Notes: generated by a model from the letters alone, not told the origin. Shown: positions 44,958 through 55,773, counted from the stretch's first letter. The stretch: 64,000 bases of DNA from Chthoniobacteraceae bacterium (GCA_040081625.1 JBEBGD010000019.1:1-64000); one strand, 5' to 3'. A program made the numbers and translations.

Positions 44958-47900
44958 TGCAGCGGCAGCGTGCTCACCTTCACCGACTCCGTGAGGCCGC
45001 GGCGCTCGGGGTGATACATCTCCTCGACCTTCGCGCACGGCGCGGTGGCCTCGCCGGCGGCGACGACGCGCGCGAGGTAGCGGATCGCGTAGCGTCCGGG
45101 GAAGACCGTGTCGGCGAAGAACAACGCGCGGTCCTCGCGCAACTCGCGGTAGTCGCTCAGCCAGTCGGCGCCGAGCTTCTCGCCGGCCCGCATCTGCTGC
45201 GTCTTGAAGTTCGGGTTCACGGCCTCGAAGACCGCGGGCAGCGGATCCTCGACCGCGACGTAGGTCGCGCGCTGGCGCACCTCGAGATTGAGCGTGATGA
45301 GCACGCGGTCGCCGACGCGCAGTTGCTTCGCGTCGCTGAGCGTGCCGTCGTCTTCGATCTTCGCGTAGCTGCGGTGGAGCGAGTAGCCGCTGTCCTGGGC
45401 GGGCTGATCGCGCAGCGGTGGGTAGGCTTCGACGGTGACGGCGGTGTAAAGGCGCCCGGCCTTCCCGGCATCGAGCGTCAGCGGTTCGCGCGCGACCGCA
45501 GGCGCGACGGTGAAAGTCTGCGTCTTCGTCTCGGCCTTCGCGCCGAGCTTGAACACGGTCTTATCGACGCCCCATGCGAGCTGGCCGGAGCTGGCGCGGT
45601 TGTCGCGCTCGGTGCGGGTGAGGTAATCGCTGAGCGCAAAGACGGCCCATGCATTGCCCTGAGTCGTCCACCAGTGGCCGTCGCGGCGCTGCTTGAAGAG
45701 GTCGTCGGCGAGCGCGTCGGTGCGAGGCGCCTTCGCGTTGCGGTGCGACCAGCAGAGCAGTTGCAGCGCGTCGCGGCGCGCGGGACTCCAGAACCACGCC
45801 TCGTCGTCCGCCGCGTTCGCGGGCGTGAGGAGTTCATCGACCATCGGCGCGGGCCCTTTGGCCTCGAGGATCGCGAGCGCAAGGAGCGCGCGGTCTTCCG
45901 CGGTCAGAAGTGCGCGCTTTTCGAAGATGAGCGTGTGGTAGGCCGGTTCGGCGCGGCCGGCGAGCGCGAGCGCATAGACGACGAGGCAGCGCGCGCGCAG
46001 GTCGTCGAGCGCCTTCACCTCGGAGGTGCCGCGGAGTTGTTCACTCATCCACTTCATCAGGCGATCGTAGTCCTCCTGCGGCACGTCGCGGCCCTGCTGC
46101 TTCGCGAGCGTGAGCGCGATGGAGCCGTAGGCACTGCCCCACAGCATCGGCTGATGCCCGCCAGGCCAGTAGGAAAGTCCGCCGCCGTCGGTCTGCATCG
46201 CGAACAGCCGGGTCACGCCACGAGCGATCGAGCGCGCGATCTCGTCGTCGCTGCGCTGGAGCGTCGGAAGTCGGTCGCGCAGGCCGCGCAGCGTGAGCCA
46301 CGGCAGCGTGCTCGAGGTGGTCTGCTCGACGCAGCCGTAGGGATAGTGGAGCAATTGATTGAGCGCCTCCTGGAGCTCGATCGCGCGCGAATTCGTGAGC
46401 GCCACGCGCACCGTGCCGCGGCCGTCGAGGAGCTGCGGGTCCACGCCGTCGAGCAGGTTCGCGGTGCCGCCGTCGAATCGCATCGTCTTCACATGGCGCA
46501 GCAACGGCGCGGGGTAGCCGACCTTGAGCGTCGTCTGAACGGCGTCGCGATGAATGGTCTCGCCGCTCGTGAACCGAACGGTCCACTTCCACACGCCGGT
46601 GCCCGTCTCGACGAACTCGACCGGGAAATCGAGCGCGGTCGTGGCGTTCGCGCCGAGCGTGACTTTCTGCGTCTTCGTGCCGGCCTTCACCGAGCCGTCG
46701 AACTCGACGCGCACCTCCGCCTCGCCGGCGAGCGCGGTCGTATTGTGTAGCACGGCGCGCAGCGCGAGCTTGTCGCCGACATTGGCGAAGCGCGGCAGCG
46801 CGGGCTCGATCATCACGGGTTTGTTCACCTCGAAGGCGCCCTCGGCGCCGCCGAATTGATCCTTCGCCGTCTGCACCACGGCCATGACGCGGTAGCGCGT
46901 GAGACTGTCGGGCGCGGTGAATCTCGCGTCGAGCCTGCCGTTCGCATCGGTCCTCAGCACGGCGTTCCAGAACGCGCAGGCGAGGAAGTTCTTCCGCAGT
47001 TGCTGGTCGTCGCCGCCGCCGCCGATGAGGTAGCCCTTGTTCTCGAACTGGCGCGCGGCGGGGTCTTCGTCGAGCAGCGACGGCAGCGTGAGCGCGGTGC
47101 TGACGGTGAGTGCGCGCGGCTCGTTGAAAAAGGCGAGCGGATCAGGCGTGACGTAGCCGGTGAGGCTGAGCACGCCTTCATCGACGGCGAAGAGCGTGAC
47201 CTCCGCGTCGCGCACGGGCTTGCCCTCGAAGTCGAGCACCTCGACGCCGACGCTGACTTCCATGCCGGGCTGATACGCCTTCGCGCCGGGCTTCACATAG
47301 ACGGTCAGTTCCGAATCGGGCCGCGTGACGATGAGTTCGCAGTAACCGATGCGATACTCGGGCGCCTTGTGTTTGCGCGGGCTGCCGTCGGCACCGCGCA
47401 GGAGCATCACCGACACGAAGACATTCGGCGCGTCGCCCGGCAGCAGCGGGACTTCGATGGTCGGCGCGTTGCCCTCGAGTCGCGTGACGAACGAACGCAG
47501 CACGCGCTCGCGCTCGATGGTCACGAGCGCGTCGCCGCTGATCGGCGTCTTGACGAGAATCTTCGCGGTCTCGCCGGCGGTGTAGCCGTCCTTCTCCGGC
47601 ACCATCTCGACTTGATACTGGTTGCGGTAAGACCACGCCGTCTCGCCCTCGCCATAGACCTGGAAGCTCGTGGTGGTGACGACCGAGCGACCCGCGGCGT
47701 CCTTCGCAGCGAGTTCGAGCAAATACTGGCCTGGCTGATCCGGCACGAGCGGGGCGCCGATCTCCGTCGTGGCGATAGACCAGCGTTCACCGTCCTTCGT
47801 GACCCGCGACGACTTGAATACACGCTCGGTCACAGTCACGAGACGCGGCTCGTTGCGGATCTCGGTCGCGTCGTCCGCGGTCTCGACGCGGTTGTTCTGC

Positions 47901-50581
47901 CAGTCGATCCGCGTGAGCTTCGCCCGCACGCTCACGGGCTCGGGCATCGGCGTGCCGTCGGTGCGCACGGCGACGACCTCGACCGGGATCGGTTCGCCGA
48001 CGTTCAGCAGCGCGCGCAGTTCGCGCATGCCGAGATAGAAGTCGGAGCTGTGCAGCGTGAAGGCGCGGGCCTGCGAGACGGTCTGCTGGTTCACGTCGGT
48101 GATCTCCGCGAGCACGCGCACGACGCGCGGTTGCGGCACCTTCGGGTTGAGCGGGACCGTCGCCTCGATCTTCGCGCCGCCCGTTTCATCGAGCGTGGCC
48201 TTGCCTTGCACCGAGAGGCTGCCGCGGCGCTCGAGATGTTCGCGCAGGCGCCAGTCCTGGATCGCATCGGCGAAGCTGAAGTCTCCGAAATCGGCCGGCT
48301 CAAACGTCGTGTCGTGCGCGTCGAGCGACCACGTGAGCTGAGCCTTCGAGAGCGACTTGCCCATGTAGTATTTCGCAGTCAACGGCAGCGCGAGTTCGGC
48401 GGGACCGGGCACTTTCGGGCCTTCGCCGATCGTGATCTCGAAGGTGTTTGGCTTGAACTCCTCGACCTGAAACTCGTGCGTCGCGATCGGATACTCCGGC
48501 ACCTTTTCGCCGACGAGGCGAAGCTGGATGTTGTAAAAGCCGAGCGGCGTCTGCGGCAACGCGATGTCCTCCGAGAATGAGCCGAGCGCACTGAGGGCGA
48601 CCACCTTGCTGAAGAACTCGCGATCGCGCGCGTCGTTCACGGAGACCTTGAGCTTGAGCCCCGCGGCGAGCGGCTTCTGCCCGGGCCGCCAGTCGCGCAG
48701 GATGCCTTTCAAGTGGACGGTCTCGCCGGGCCGATACACGCCGCGCTCGGTGAACAGAAATGCGCGCAGAGACTCTGCGCCCGGGCTTTCGTCGTCGTCG
48801 CTGAAGGCCACATCGACGCGCGCGAGACTGATGTAGTTCTGGCCATTCTTGAATTCGATGAGGTGCGAGTCATTGCCCGCCTCGACGAAAAACCACCGCG
48901 CGTCGGCCGGCGCGGGCAGGCGGGCGATGCCGTGTTCGTCGGTCTTCCCGGTCGCCACGGTCTTGTCCTTCTCATTCAGCAGCCTGATTTTTGCACCGGA
49001 TACGGCCTTGCCGGTCTTGAGCGAGAAGACGTGGACGAAGGATTCGCCGGGCGCGCGTTTCCACAAGGCGCCGAGGTCGGTGATCTGCACGATCGCCTGG
49101 CAGCCCGGACGCTTTTGCTGACCGGCGGGCGGATCGACTTGCTCGGCGGTCAGCATCACGACGCCGCCGCGGCCTTCGCCGAGGATCTTCGTCCAGTCGA
49201 GCGCGAGCTCCTGCTGGGCGTCGGTGTCGGTGGTGCCGGTGATGTCCTGCTGCCAGATCACCTGGCCGGGCAGCTTCGTCGGATCGAGCCGCGAATAGTC
49301 CGAGTCGTCGCCGGGTTTCGGCGTCTCGAAATAGCCTTCGTAGCCGCGCAGTCCGACCGGGATGGCCGATCCGGTGAAGAGCTTCGCGCTCACGCGCAGC
49401 CGCGGCACGTTCACCGCGAGCAGGTGAAACTTGCGCTCCCCCGCCTTCATCTGGTGCGTCTGGAACGCCTCGAAATAAAGCCGCGCCGGGATCGGCTCGA
49501 ACTCAACTTCCTCGATCGTCCCCTTCGCGAGCGTGAACGGCTCCGCCGCCGGAACGCCCGGCTCGACGGCAACGCGATACTTCGTCGCCAACACAAAATC
49601 GCCGGTGAACTCGACTGCGCTGCCTTCCACCTTCGTCTCAAGTTTCGCCGGCGCCGGCGTCACGCTGATCCAGCGCGCGAGCGTGCCGGCGTCGAGCTTG
49701 TCGCGGAGATTCTTGGTGAAGCTGACGCGAATTCGCCTCGGCGAGTTGATGATGTTCAGCGCCTCGACACCTCCGACCACGAAGGGCCGCACATCGCCGA
49801 CCACGACCTCCTGCGTGCCCAGCATCCGCAGCGTCGAGTCGCGCGCAGGCAGCCCCGCCGCGACGATGAGCCGCCAGCCCGTGCCCGATGGCAACGGCTT
49901 CTCCGGCGTGACGAAGACCTGATTCTTTCGCGGCCCCGGCGTCATCGCCTCGCTGCGAAAACGCTCGTCCCACGTGAGAAGCGAGCGCGCCTGGCCACTG
50001 CCGATCCATTGGCTGAACCAGCTCAGGCCTGGCTGCTTCCTGTCCGGCGCCTCGACTTTCGCCGCGATCGTCTCCCCGCCGGCGCGCGTAAAACTCAAGC
50101 TCCCCGCCGCACCCACCGCGTCGATGTCGGCATTGAAGAGCAGCACGATTCGCGGCTCCGACGCAGCGTCGTTCTGCCCGCGATACGAGAGATTGCTCCA
50201 CGCCTGCAGACCGAACGCCGGCATGTCGAGCGTGCGACGCCAATCCGCGGGCAACGGCTGGCCGTCCGCGGACTTGAGCCCGTCGCGAAGCCGGATCTGG
50301 ATCGTGGTGCCGAGCGGCCACGGCTCAGCCGGTGAGAAGACGCCGCTGCGCGTGCTCTGCCACGTCCACTTGCCCTCGACCGGCGGGATCGTTTCGACCG
50401 GCGACGGGTTGTCTTTCTTTTGCAAATCGCCCGGCACGATCATGTCGTGGCTGAAGCGCAGCTCGAGCGTGCGCGTCGGCGTGGGTGGCGCGGGAGTTTC
50501 GACGAGTTCGACCGACGGTGCGGCCGCGCGGAGCGAGCCAAGGGTGAGGCCAAGCAGGATGGCGAGTGTGCGCAGTTTCAT
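44954..50581 (-). CDS. Bacterial alpha-2-macroglobulin
   Basis: 1875 aa; 'FTERGVYRPGETV', 'AVDEGVLSLT', 'PDSLTRYRV', thioester 'YPYGCVEQ' and 'VEEMYHPE'. Confidence 0.93.
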   Translation of the reverse strand: MKLRTLAILLGLTLGSLRAAAPSVELVETPAPPTPTRTLELRFSHDMIVPGDLQKKDNPSPVETIPPVEGKWTWQSTRSGVFSPAEPWPLGTTIQIRLRDGLKSADGQPLPADWRRTLDMPAFGLQAWSNLSYRGQNDAASEPRIVLLFNADIDAVGAAGSLSFTRAGGETIAAKVEAPDRKQPGLSWFSQWIGSGQARSLLTWDERFRSEAMTPGPRKNQVFVTPEKPLPSGTGWRLIVAAGLPARDSTLRMLGTQEVVVGDVRPFVVGGVEALNIINSPRRIRVSFTKNLRDKLDAGTLARWISVTPAPAKLETKVEGSAVEFTGDFVLATKYRVAVEPGVPAAEPFTLAKGTIEEVEFEPIPARLYFEAFQTHQMKAGERKFHLLAVNVPRLRVSAKLFTGSAIPVGLRGYEGYFETPKPGDDSDYSRLDPTKLPGQVIWQQDITGTTDTDAQQELALDWTKILGEGRGGVVMLTAEQVDPPAGQQKRPGCQAIVQITDLGALWKRAPGESFVHVFSLKTGKAVSGAKIRLLNEKDKTVATGKTDEHGIARLPAPADARWFFVEAGNDSHLIEFKNGQNYISLARVDVAFSDDDESPGAESLRAFLFTERGVYRPGETVHLKGILRDWRPGQKPLAAGLKLKVSVNDARDREFFSKVVALSALGSFSEDIALPQTPLGFYNIQLRLVGEKVPEYPIATHEFQVEEFKPNTFEITIGEGPKVPGPAELALPLTAKYYMGKSLSKAQLTWSLDAHDTTFEPADFGDFSFADAIQDWRLREHLERRGSLSVQGKATLDETGGAKIEATVPLNPKVPQPRVVRVLAEITDVNQQTVSQARAFTLHSSDFYLGMRELRALLNVGEPIPVEVVAVRTDGTPMPEPVSVRAKLTRIDWQNNRVETADDATEIRNEPRLVTVTERVFKSSRVTKDGERWSIATTEIGAPLVPDQPGQYLLELAAKDAAGRSVVTTTSFQVYGEGETAWSYRNQYQVEMVPEKDGYTAGETAKILVKTPISGDALVTIERERVLRSFVTRLEGNAPTIEVPLLPGDAPNVFVSVMLLRGADGSPRKHKAPEYRIGYCELIVTRPDSELTVYVKPGAKAYQPGMEVSVGVEVLDFEGKPVRDAEVTLFAVDEGVLSLTGYVTPDPLAFFNEPRALTVSTALTLPSLLDEDPAARQFENKGYLIGGGGDDQQLRKNFLACAFWNAVLRTDANGRLDARFTAPDSLTRYRVMAVVQTAKDQFGGAEGAFEVNKPVMIEPALPRFANVGDKLALRAVLHNTTALAGEAEVRVEFDGSVKAGTKTQKVTLGANATTALDFPVEFVETGTGVWKWTVRFTSGETIHRDAVQTTLKVGYPAPLLRHVKTMRFDGGTANLLDGVDPQLLDGRGTVRVALTNSRAIELQEALNQLLHYPYGCVEQTTSSTLPWLTLRGLRDRLPTLQRSDDEIARSIARGVTRLFAMQTDGGGLSYWPGGHQPMLWGSAYGSIALTLAKQQGRDVPQEDYDRLMKWMSEQLRGTSEVKALDDLRARCLVVYALALAGRAEPAYHTLIFEKRALLTAEDRALLALAILEAKGPAPMVDELLTPANAADDEAWFWSPARRDALQLLCWSHRNAKAPRTDALADDLFKQRRDGHWWTTQGNAWAVFALSDYLTRTERDNRASSGQLAWGVDKTVFKLGAKAETKTQTFTVAPAVAREPLTLDAGKAGRLYTAVTVEAYPPLRDQPAQDSGYSLHRSYAKIEDDGTLSDAKQLRVGDRVLITLNLEVRQRATYVAVEDPLPAVFEAVNPNFKTQQMRAGEKLGADWLSDYRELREDRALFFADTVFPGRYAIRYLARVVAAGEATAPCAKVEEMYHPERRGLTESVKVSTLPLQ

Positions 50582-50688
50582 GATGAAGTGAGGTTTCGTT
50601 ATCCAAATACGACGACGCGGGTTGAATCTTTCAGAAAATCTTCGCGATGCACGTGACGATCTCGGCGGGTTCTGGTAATCGGACGCCG

Positions 50689-51285
50689 ATGAAGCCAGCC
50701 GGCTCCCGCCTTCTCGCCACGCGCCGCAGCATGCTCGACCGGCTGCCGGATTTGGCGGACCGCGTGAAGTGGCAGGAGTTTTTCGACACCTACTGGCGGC
50801 TCATCTACAACATCGCGCGCAAGGCCGGCCTGAACGACACCGAGGCGCAGGAAGTCGTGCAGGAGACCGTCATCGGCGTGGCGCGCAACATCGGGAGCTA
50901 CGACCGCAAGGTCGGCCCGTTCAAAACCTGGCTGCTCCAGCTCACGCGATGGCGCATCATCGATCAATTCAAGCGCAGACCGTCGGCGCGCCAGACCCCA
51001 AAAGGCACCACGACGGTCGGTGACGTGCCGGACGATGGGCCGGGCTTCGAGGCGCTCTGGGAGGACGAATGGAAAAGCTCGCTGCTCGAGACCGCGATCG
51101 AGCGCGTGAAAGCGAAGGTGACCGCGAGCCAGTTCCAGATTTTCGACTGCTCGATGTTCAAGCACTGGCCAGCCGCGAAGATCGCCACCACCCTGCGCGT
51201 GAGCCTCGCGCAGGTTTACCTCATCAAGCACCGCGTCGCGGGATTGCTGAAAAAAGAAGTCGCCTCGATCGAGCGCAAACGCTGA
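50689..51285 (+). CDS. ECF sigma-70 factor (PVC type)
   Basis: 'TRRSMLDRL...WQEFFDTYWRLIY', 'EAQEVVQE', 'GPFKTWL' and a region-4 HTH. Confidence 0.88.
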   Translation: MKPAGSRLLATRRSMLDRLPDLADRVKWQEFFDTYWRLIYNIARKAGLNDTEAQEVVQETVIGVARNIGSYDRKVGPFKTWLLQLTRWRIIDQFKRRPSARQTPKGTTTVGDVPDDGPGFEALWEDEWKSSLLETAIERVKAKVTASQFQIFDCSMFKHWPAAKIATTLRVSLAQVYLIKHRVAGLLKKEVASIERKR

Positions 51286-51329
51286 GCACGCGCTGGCGGT
51301 CCGCGCCGACTGCGCTATCCGTTTTCACA

Positions 51330-52058
51330 ATGGCGACGCTGCATCTGCATCTTCCAGACGAACGCGAACCTTGCGGCTATCTCTCCGACCGCGAGGCGAC
51401 GATGGAATATCGTGTGATGACGGACGTGACTGCGAACGAGCTCGAGTGGATGCTCGCGCGCGGCTGGCGGCGGTTCGGGCACTTGTATTTCCGCCCGGCG
51501 TGCCCGGCGTGCGCGGAGTGCGTGTCCCTGCGTATCCCGGCCGCCACATTCCAGCCGAGCAAGAGCCAGCGCCGCGCGCGCAGGCGCTGCGACCACTTGC
51601 GCATCGTCACCGGCGCGCCGCGCACCGACGAGGAGCGACTCGCTCTCTACCACGCGTGGCACGCGATGCGGGAGCAGACGCGTGGCTGGAAAAATTCGCG
51701 CATCGGCGAGGAGGAATACACGCGCACCTTCAGCGAGCCACACCCGTGCGCCCGCGAGATGGCCTACTACGATGGCGAAAGACTCGTCGCGATCGGGCTC
51801 GTCGATGAGACGCCTTGCGCGCTCAGTTCGATCTATTTTTTCTACCACCCCGACCTGCGCCCGCTCGCTCTCGGCATCGCGAGCGTGCTCTTCGAGGTCG
51901 AATACGCGCGCAGTCGCGGGCTCGGCCACGTGTATCTCGGCTACCGCGTGCGCGATTGTCCATCGACCTCCTACAAGTCGCAATTCCAGCCGCATGATCT
52001 GCTGGTCGAGCGACCGGCGTTCGACGAACCCGCCGCATGGGGCGAACGGGACTTGTAA
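51330..52058 (+). CDS. ate: Arginyl-tRNA-protein transferase family (bacterial Bpt/Ate-like)
   Basis: 'PCGYL', 'GWRRFG..FRPACPAC..CVSLRI', 'SSIYFFYHPD' and 'VYLGY.V..C....YK'. Confidence 0.88.
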   Translation: MATLHLHLPDEREPCGYLSDREATMEYRVMTDVTANELEWMLARGWRRFGHLYFRPACPACAECVSLRIPAATFQPSKSQRRARRRCDHLRIVTGAPRTDEERLALYHAWHAMREQTRGWKNSRIGEEEYTRTFSEPHPCAREMAYYDGERLVAIGLVDETPCALSSIYFFYHPDLRPLALGIASVLFEVEYARSRGLGHVYLGYRVRDCPSTSYKSQFQPHDLLVERPAFDEPAAWGERDL

Positions 52059-52106
52059 CCGAGCCGCAGGACGCCGCGTCTGGCGCGCTGCAACCTCACA
52101 CCCACC

Positions 52107-52634
52107 ATGAATCTCGCTGACGTCTTCACCTTCCTCTTCGTCATCCTCGGCTTCCTCATCGTCTATGTCGCCTACTGGCTCGCGACGGCGGGGCTTTTCC
52201 CCCGCCTGACCGAACGCTGTGCTGAGCGGCTCGGGCAGTCGCCGGTCAAGTCCACGCTCGTCGGCGTCGCCGGTTGGGGCGCGCTGCTGCTCGTGGGCGG
52301 CGGACTCAGCAGCGGCGCGGGGAACGGCTTTTTGAAAGGCGTGGGCGTGGTGATCATGATCCTCTCGGCCATCGTGGCGCTCGCCGGGTCGAGCGGTGTC
52401 GCGCACCGGATTGGCTCGGGGTTGAGATCGAGCCGCGATGAGTCGGAGCCGTGGCGGCGCGTGCTTCGCGGCGGCATCGTGCTCGGGCTCACGTTCGTCC
52501 TGCCCTTCGTCGGCCAGCTTATCATGGTCCTCACTTTCGCGGCCGGATTCGGGGCGTTGGTTCTCTCGCGGCCAAAGCGCGTGAAACTCGTCCTGAGCGA
52601 GCCGGCACCGATCGGTGAGCCCGCTGCGCAATGA
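52107..52634 (+). CDS. Hypothetical integral membrane protein
   Basis: About four to five hydrophobic helices; translationally coupled to DUF1800. Confidence 0.75.
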   Translation: MNLADVFTFLFVILGFLIVYVAYWLATAGLFPRLTERCAERLGQSPVKSTLVGVAGWGALLLVGGGLSSGAGNGFLKGVGVVIMILSAIVALAGSSGVAHRIGSGLRSSRDESEPWRRVLRGGIVLGLTFVLPFVGQLIMVLTFAAGFGALVLSRPKRVKLVLSEPAPIGEPAAQ

Positions 52635-54181
52635 AACTGCCGCGCCGACTCTTTCTGGTCGGCAGCGCGCTGGCCGCGGCTGGCTGCGGGCGTGCGACGC
52701 GCCAGCTCCGGACCGACATCCGCCGCGCGCTCGGGAAGCCGACAGCGCCGGACCTCGACGGCCCGCTCACCGCGCCGGCAAGCCCGCAGATCGACGACGC
52801 CTCGCACGTGCTCGCCCGGCTCACATTCGGCGCGCGACCCGGCGAATACGCGCGGGTGGCAAAGCTCGGCGCGCGCGCCTTCATCGATGAACAGCTCGCG
52901 CCGGACAAGATCGCCGACACCCTCTGCACGCGCGTGATCCGGCACGAGTTCGAATCGCTCGCGGACCCGGAGAGCACGCTCTTCCCGCGCGCGAAGGACG
53001 AGAGCGATCCTCTCCAGATGCTCTTCCCCGCGCTGAAGGACCGCGGTGCTCGCGTCGGCGATCTTTATGAGTGGAAGGACAAGGTGCTGCTCGCCGACCT
53101 CACGAGCGCCACGATCCTCCGCGCCGTGCTCAGCGAACGGCAGCTCTTCGAGGTGATGGTCCAGTTCTGGACAGACCACTTCAACATCGACCCCTCAAAG
53201 GGCGACTGCAAGTGGCTCAAGGTCGCCGACGATCGCGACGTGATCCGCGCGCACGCGCTCGGCAATTTCCGCGAGATGGTCCGCGCGAGCGCCGTGAGTC
53301 CCGCGATGCTCTGGTATCTCGACGGGCGCGTGAATCTGCGCCGCAAGCCCGACGACAAGCCAAACGAAAACTACGCGCGCGAGCTTATGGAGCTGCACAC
53401 GCTCGGCGTTCACGGCGGCTATACGCAGGAGGACGTGATGGAAGTCGCGCGCTGCCTCACCGGCTGGACGTGTCGGGCGAAAAAGAAGTTCTTCAAGGGC
53501 CGCGTCGAGTTCCAGAAATACAATCACGACGACGGCCCGAAGCGCGTGCTCGGCGTGGACATCGCGGCGGGCGGCGGCGCGCGCGACCTCGATCGCGTGC
53601 TCGAGATCGTCACCTCGCACCCGAGCTGCGCGAACTACATCGCGTGGAAACTCTGCCGCCGGTTCATCGACGACGTTCCGCCGAAGGCCGCGGTGGAAGC
53701 GACAGCGCGCGCCTTCACCGAGTCGCGGGGCGACATCAAGACGACGCTGCGCGCGCTCTTTGCCAGGACGGAGTTCTGGGCGCCGGAGACGCGCTCGGCG
53801 AAGTTCAAGCGCCCCTTCCACTTCGTCGTGTCCGCGCTGCGAGCGACCAATGCGGAGACCGACGCGTCGAAGCAGCTCGTCGAATATCTCCAGCGGCTCG
53901 GCCACGCGCCGTTCCGCTACCCGACGCCCGACGGCTACCCGGAGGAAGCCACCCACTGGAAGCCGAACCTGCTCTGGCGTTGGAATTTCGCCGGCGCTCT
54001 CGTGGACAACAAGATCAAGGGCACGCGCATCCCACGCGCCGAACTGGTCGGCAAGCTGGGCATCGACGGGATCATCGCGACCATGCTCGGGCGGCAGCCG
54101 AGCGAAGCCGAGCAAATCGCTTTCCGCGAAGCCGGCAACATCGCCGTCGTGCTTGCCTCACCCGGTTTCCAACGCTGCTGA
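52631..54181 (+). CDS. DUF1800 protein
   Basis: RR signal; 'HVLARLTFG', 'FWTDHFN', 'SPAMLWYLD', 'NENYARELMELHTLG' and 'EVARCLTGW'. Confidence 0.92.
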   Translation: MKLPRRLFLVGSALAAAGCGRATRQLRTDIRRALGKPTAPDLDGPLTAPASPQIDDASHVLARLTFGARPGEYARVAKLGARAFIDEQLAPDKIADTLCTRVIRHEFESLADPESTLFPRAKDESDPLQMLFPALKDRGARVGDLYEWKDKVLLADLTSATILRAVLSERQLFEVMVQFWTDHFNIDPSKGDCKWLKVADDRDVIRAHALGNFREMVRASAVSPAMLWYLDGRVNLRRKPDDKPNENYARELMELHTLGVHGGYTQEDVMEVARCLTGWTCRAKKKFFKGRVEFQKYNHDDGPKRVLGVDIAAGGGARDLDRVLEIVTSHPSCANYIAWKLCRRFIDDVPPKAAVEATARAFTESRGDIKTTLRALFARTEFWAPETRSAKFKRPFHFVVSALRATNAETDASKQLVEYLQRLGHAPFRYPTPDGYPEEATHWKPNLLWRWNFAGALVDNKIKGTRIPRAELVGKLGIDGIIATMLGRQPSEAEQIAFREAGNIAVVLASPGFQRC

Positions 54182-54183
54182 CC

Positions 54184-55332
54184 ATGGCCACGCCCCAAGC
54201 GATCATCACCGGCAACCGCGACGAACGCCGCACCCTCATCGTCGTTTTCCTGCGCGGCGGTGCAGACGGCCTCTCGCTCGTCGCGCCCATCGAGGACGAC
54301 CACTATTACCGCGCGCGGCCCCGCATCGCGATCAAGAAGGCCGACGCGGTGCCGCTCGACGATCGCTTCGGCCTGCACCCAAACATGCGCCCGCTCGAAG
54401 CCGCGTGGCGCGAAGGCGACCTCGCGATCGTCCACGCATGCGGCATCGAGGAGATCGCCGATGGCACGCGCTCGCACTTCGAGGCGCAGGATTCGATGGA
54501 GCACGGCGGGGTCGCCGCCGGCGGCTGGCTCGGGCGCTTCCTGCGCACGCGGCCCGCACCGATAAGCGGCGCGCTCGCGTGCGTCGCGGTCGGCAAGTCG
54601 CTGCCCGAATGTCTGCTCGGCGCACCGAGCGTGACGGTGATGACGTCGCTCAACGACTTCGCGCTCGGCGGCGAATCCGGGACGCTGCGCAACCAGCTCG
54701 AACGCCTTTACGCGATGGAAACCGGCCAGCTCGGCGCAGCGGCTCGGGATACCTTCGACGCGATCCGCCGCATCGACGCGATGCGCAGCGAGAAATACAT
54801 GCCGGGCAACAGCGCGACCTACGCGAACGACGAATTCTCCACCGGCCTGATGCAGCTCGCGCAGCTCATCAAGGGGGATATGGGCCTCGAAGCCGCGTCG
54901 ATCGACCTCGACGGATGGGACTCGCACTTTACGCAGGAGACGCTCGTGAACCCTCTCTCCACGCGCCTCGCCGCGGGACTCTCCGCCTTCCGCCAGGACC
55001 TGGGCGAGCGGATGAAAACGGTGAGCATCGTGGTGATGACGGAGTTTGGCCGCACGGTGCAGGAGAACTCCGCCTTCGGCACCGACCACGGCCGTGGCGG
55101 CACGATGTGGGTGCTCGGCGGCGGCGTGCAAGGTGGCCGCATCCACGGCGACTGGCGCGGCCTCGGCCAGCTCGAAGCGCGCGGCGTGAGCACCAGCTAC
55201 GAAGACCTCCCCGTGCTGAACAATTACCGCAACGTGCTCGCACCCGTGCTACTCCGGCACGGCGGCCACACAGCGGATTTCGAGAAAGTATTCCCGAACT
55301 TCAGCCTCGCTCCGCTGCCGCTCTACGCCTGA
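54184..55332 (+). CDS. DUF1501 protein (DUF1800-associated type)
   Basis: 'VVFLRGGADGLS', 'RSHFEAQ', 'GWDSH' and 'TEFGRTVQEN...GTDHG'. Confidence 0.9.
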   Translation: MATPQAIITGNRDERRTLIVVFLRGGADGLSLVAPIEDDHYYRARPRIAIKKADAVPLDDRFGLHPNMRPLEAAWREGDLAIVHACGIEEIADGTRSHFEAQDSMEHGGVAAGGWLGRFLRTRPAPISGALACVAVGKSLPECLLGAPSVTVMTSLNDFALGGESGTLRNQLERLYAMETGQLGAAARDTFDAIRRIDAMRSEKYMPGNSATYANDEFSTGLMQLAQLIKGDMGLEAASIDLDGWDSHFTQETLVNPLSTRLAAGLSAFRQDLGERMKTVSIVVMTEFGRTVQENSAFGTDHGRGGTMWVLGGGVQGGRIHGDWRGLGQLEARGVSTSYEDLPVLNNYRNVLAPVLLRHGGHTADFEKVFPNFSLAPLPLYA

Positions 55333-55347
55333 GCGCAGCCGCGAGCC

Positions 55348-55773
55348 TTACACCTCGACTTCCACGCCCATCTGGCGCGCGGTGCCGGCGATGACTTTCA
55401 TCGCGGCCTCGACGTTGCGGGCGTTGAGATCGGGCATCTTGCGGTTGGCGATCTCCTGGAGCTGCTTCTTCGTGAGCTTGCCGACCTTGATCTTGTTCGG
55501 CTCCTTCGAGCCGGCGGCGATGTTGATCGCCTTCTTGATCAGCGCGCTGGCAGGGGGCTGCTTGGTGATGAAGGTGAAGCTCTTGTCCTTATAGACGGTG
55601 ATGACGACCGGCAGGATGTCGCCCGATTGCTTCTGCGTGCGGGCGTTAAACTCCTTGCAGAACGCCATGATATTGACGCCCTGCTGACCGAGTGCGGGAC
55701 CGACCGGCGGCGCGGGGTTCGCGGCTCCGGCTGGGATTTGAAGTTTGATTTGTCCGGTGATTTCTTTGGCCAT
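55348..55773 (-). CDS. rplK: 50S ribosomal protein L11
   Basis: '[21 protein letters not shown]' and 'IAGTARQMG'. Confidence 0.98.
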   Translation of the reverse strand: MAKEITGQIKLQIPAGAANPAPPVGPALGQQGVNIMAFCKEFNARTQKQSGDILPVVITVYKDKSFTFITKQPPASALIKKAINIAAGSKEPNKIKVGKLTKKQLQEIANRKMPDLNARNVEAAMKVIAGTARQMGVEVEV

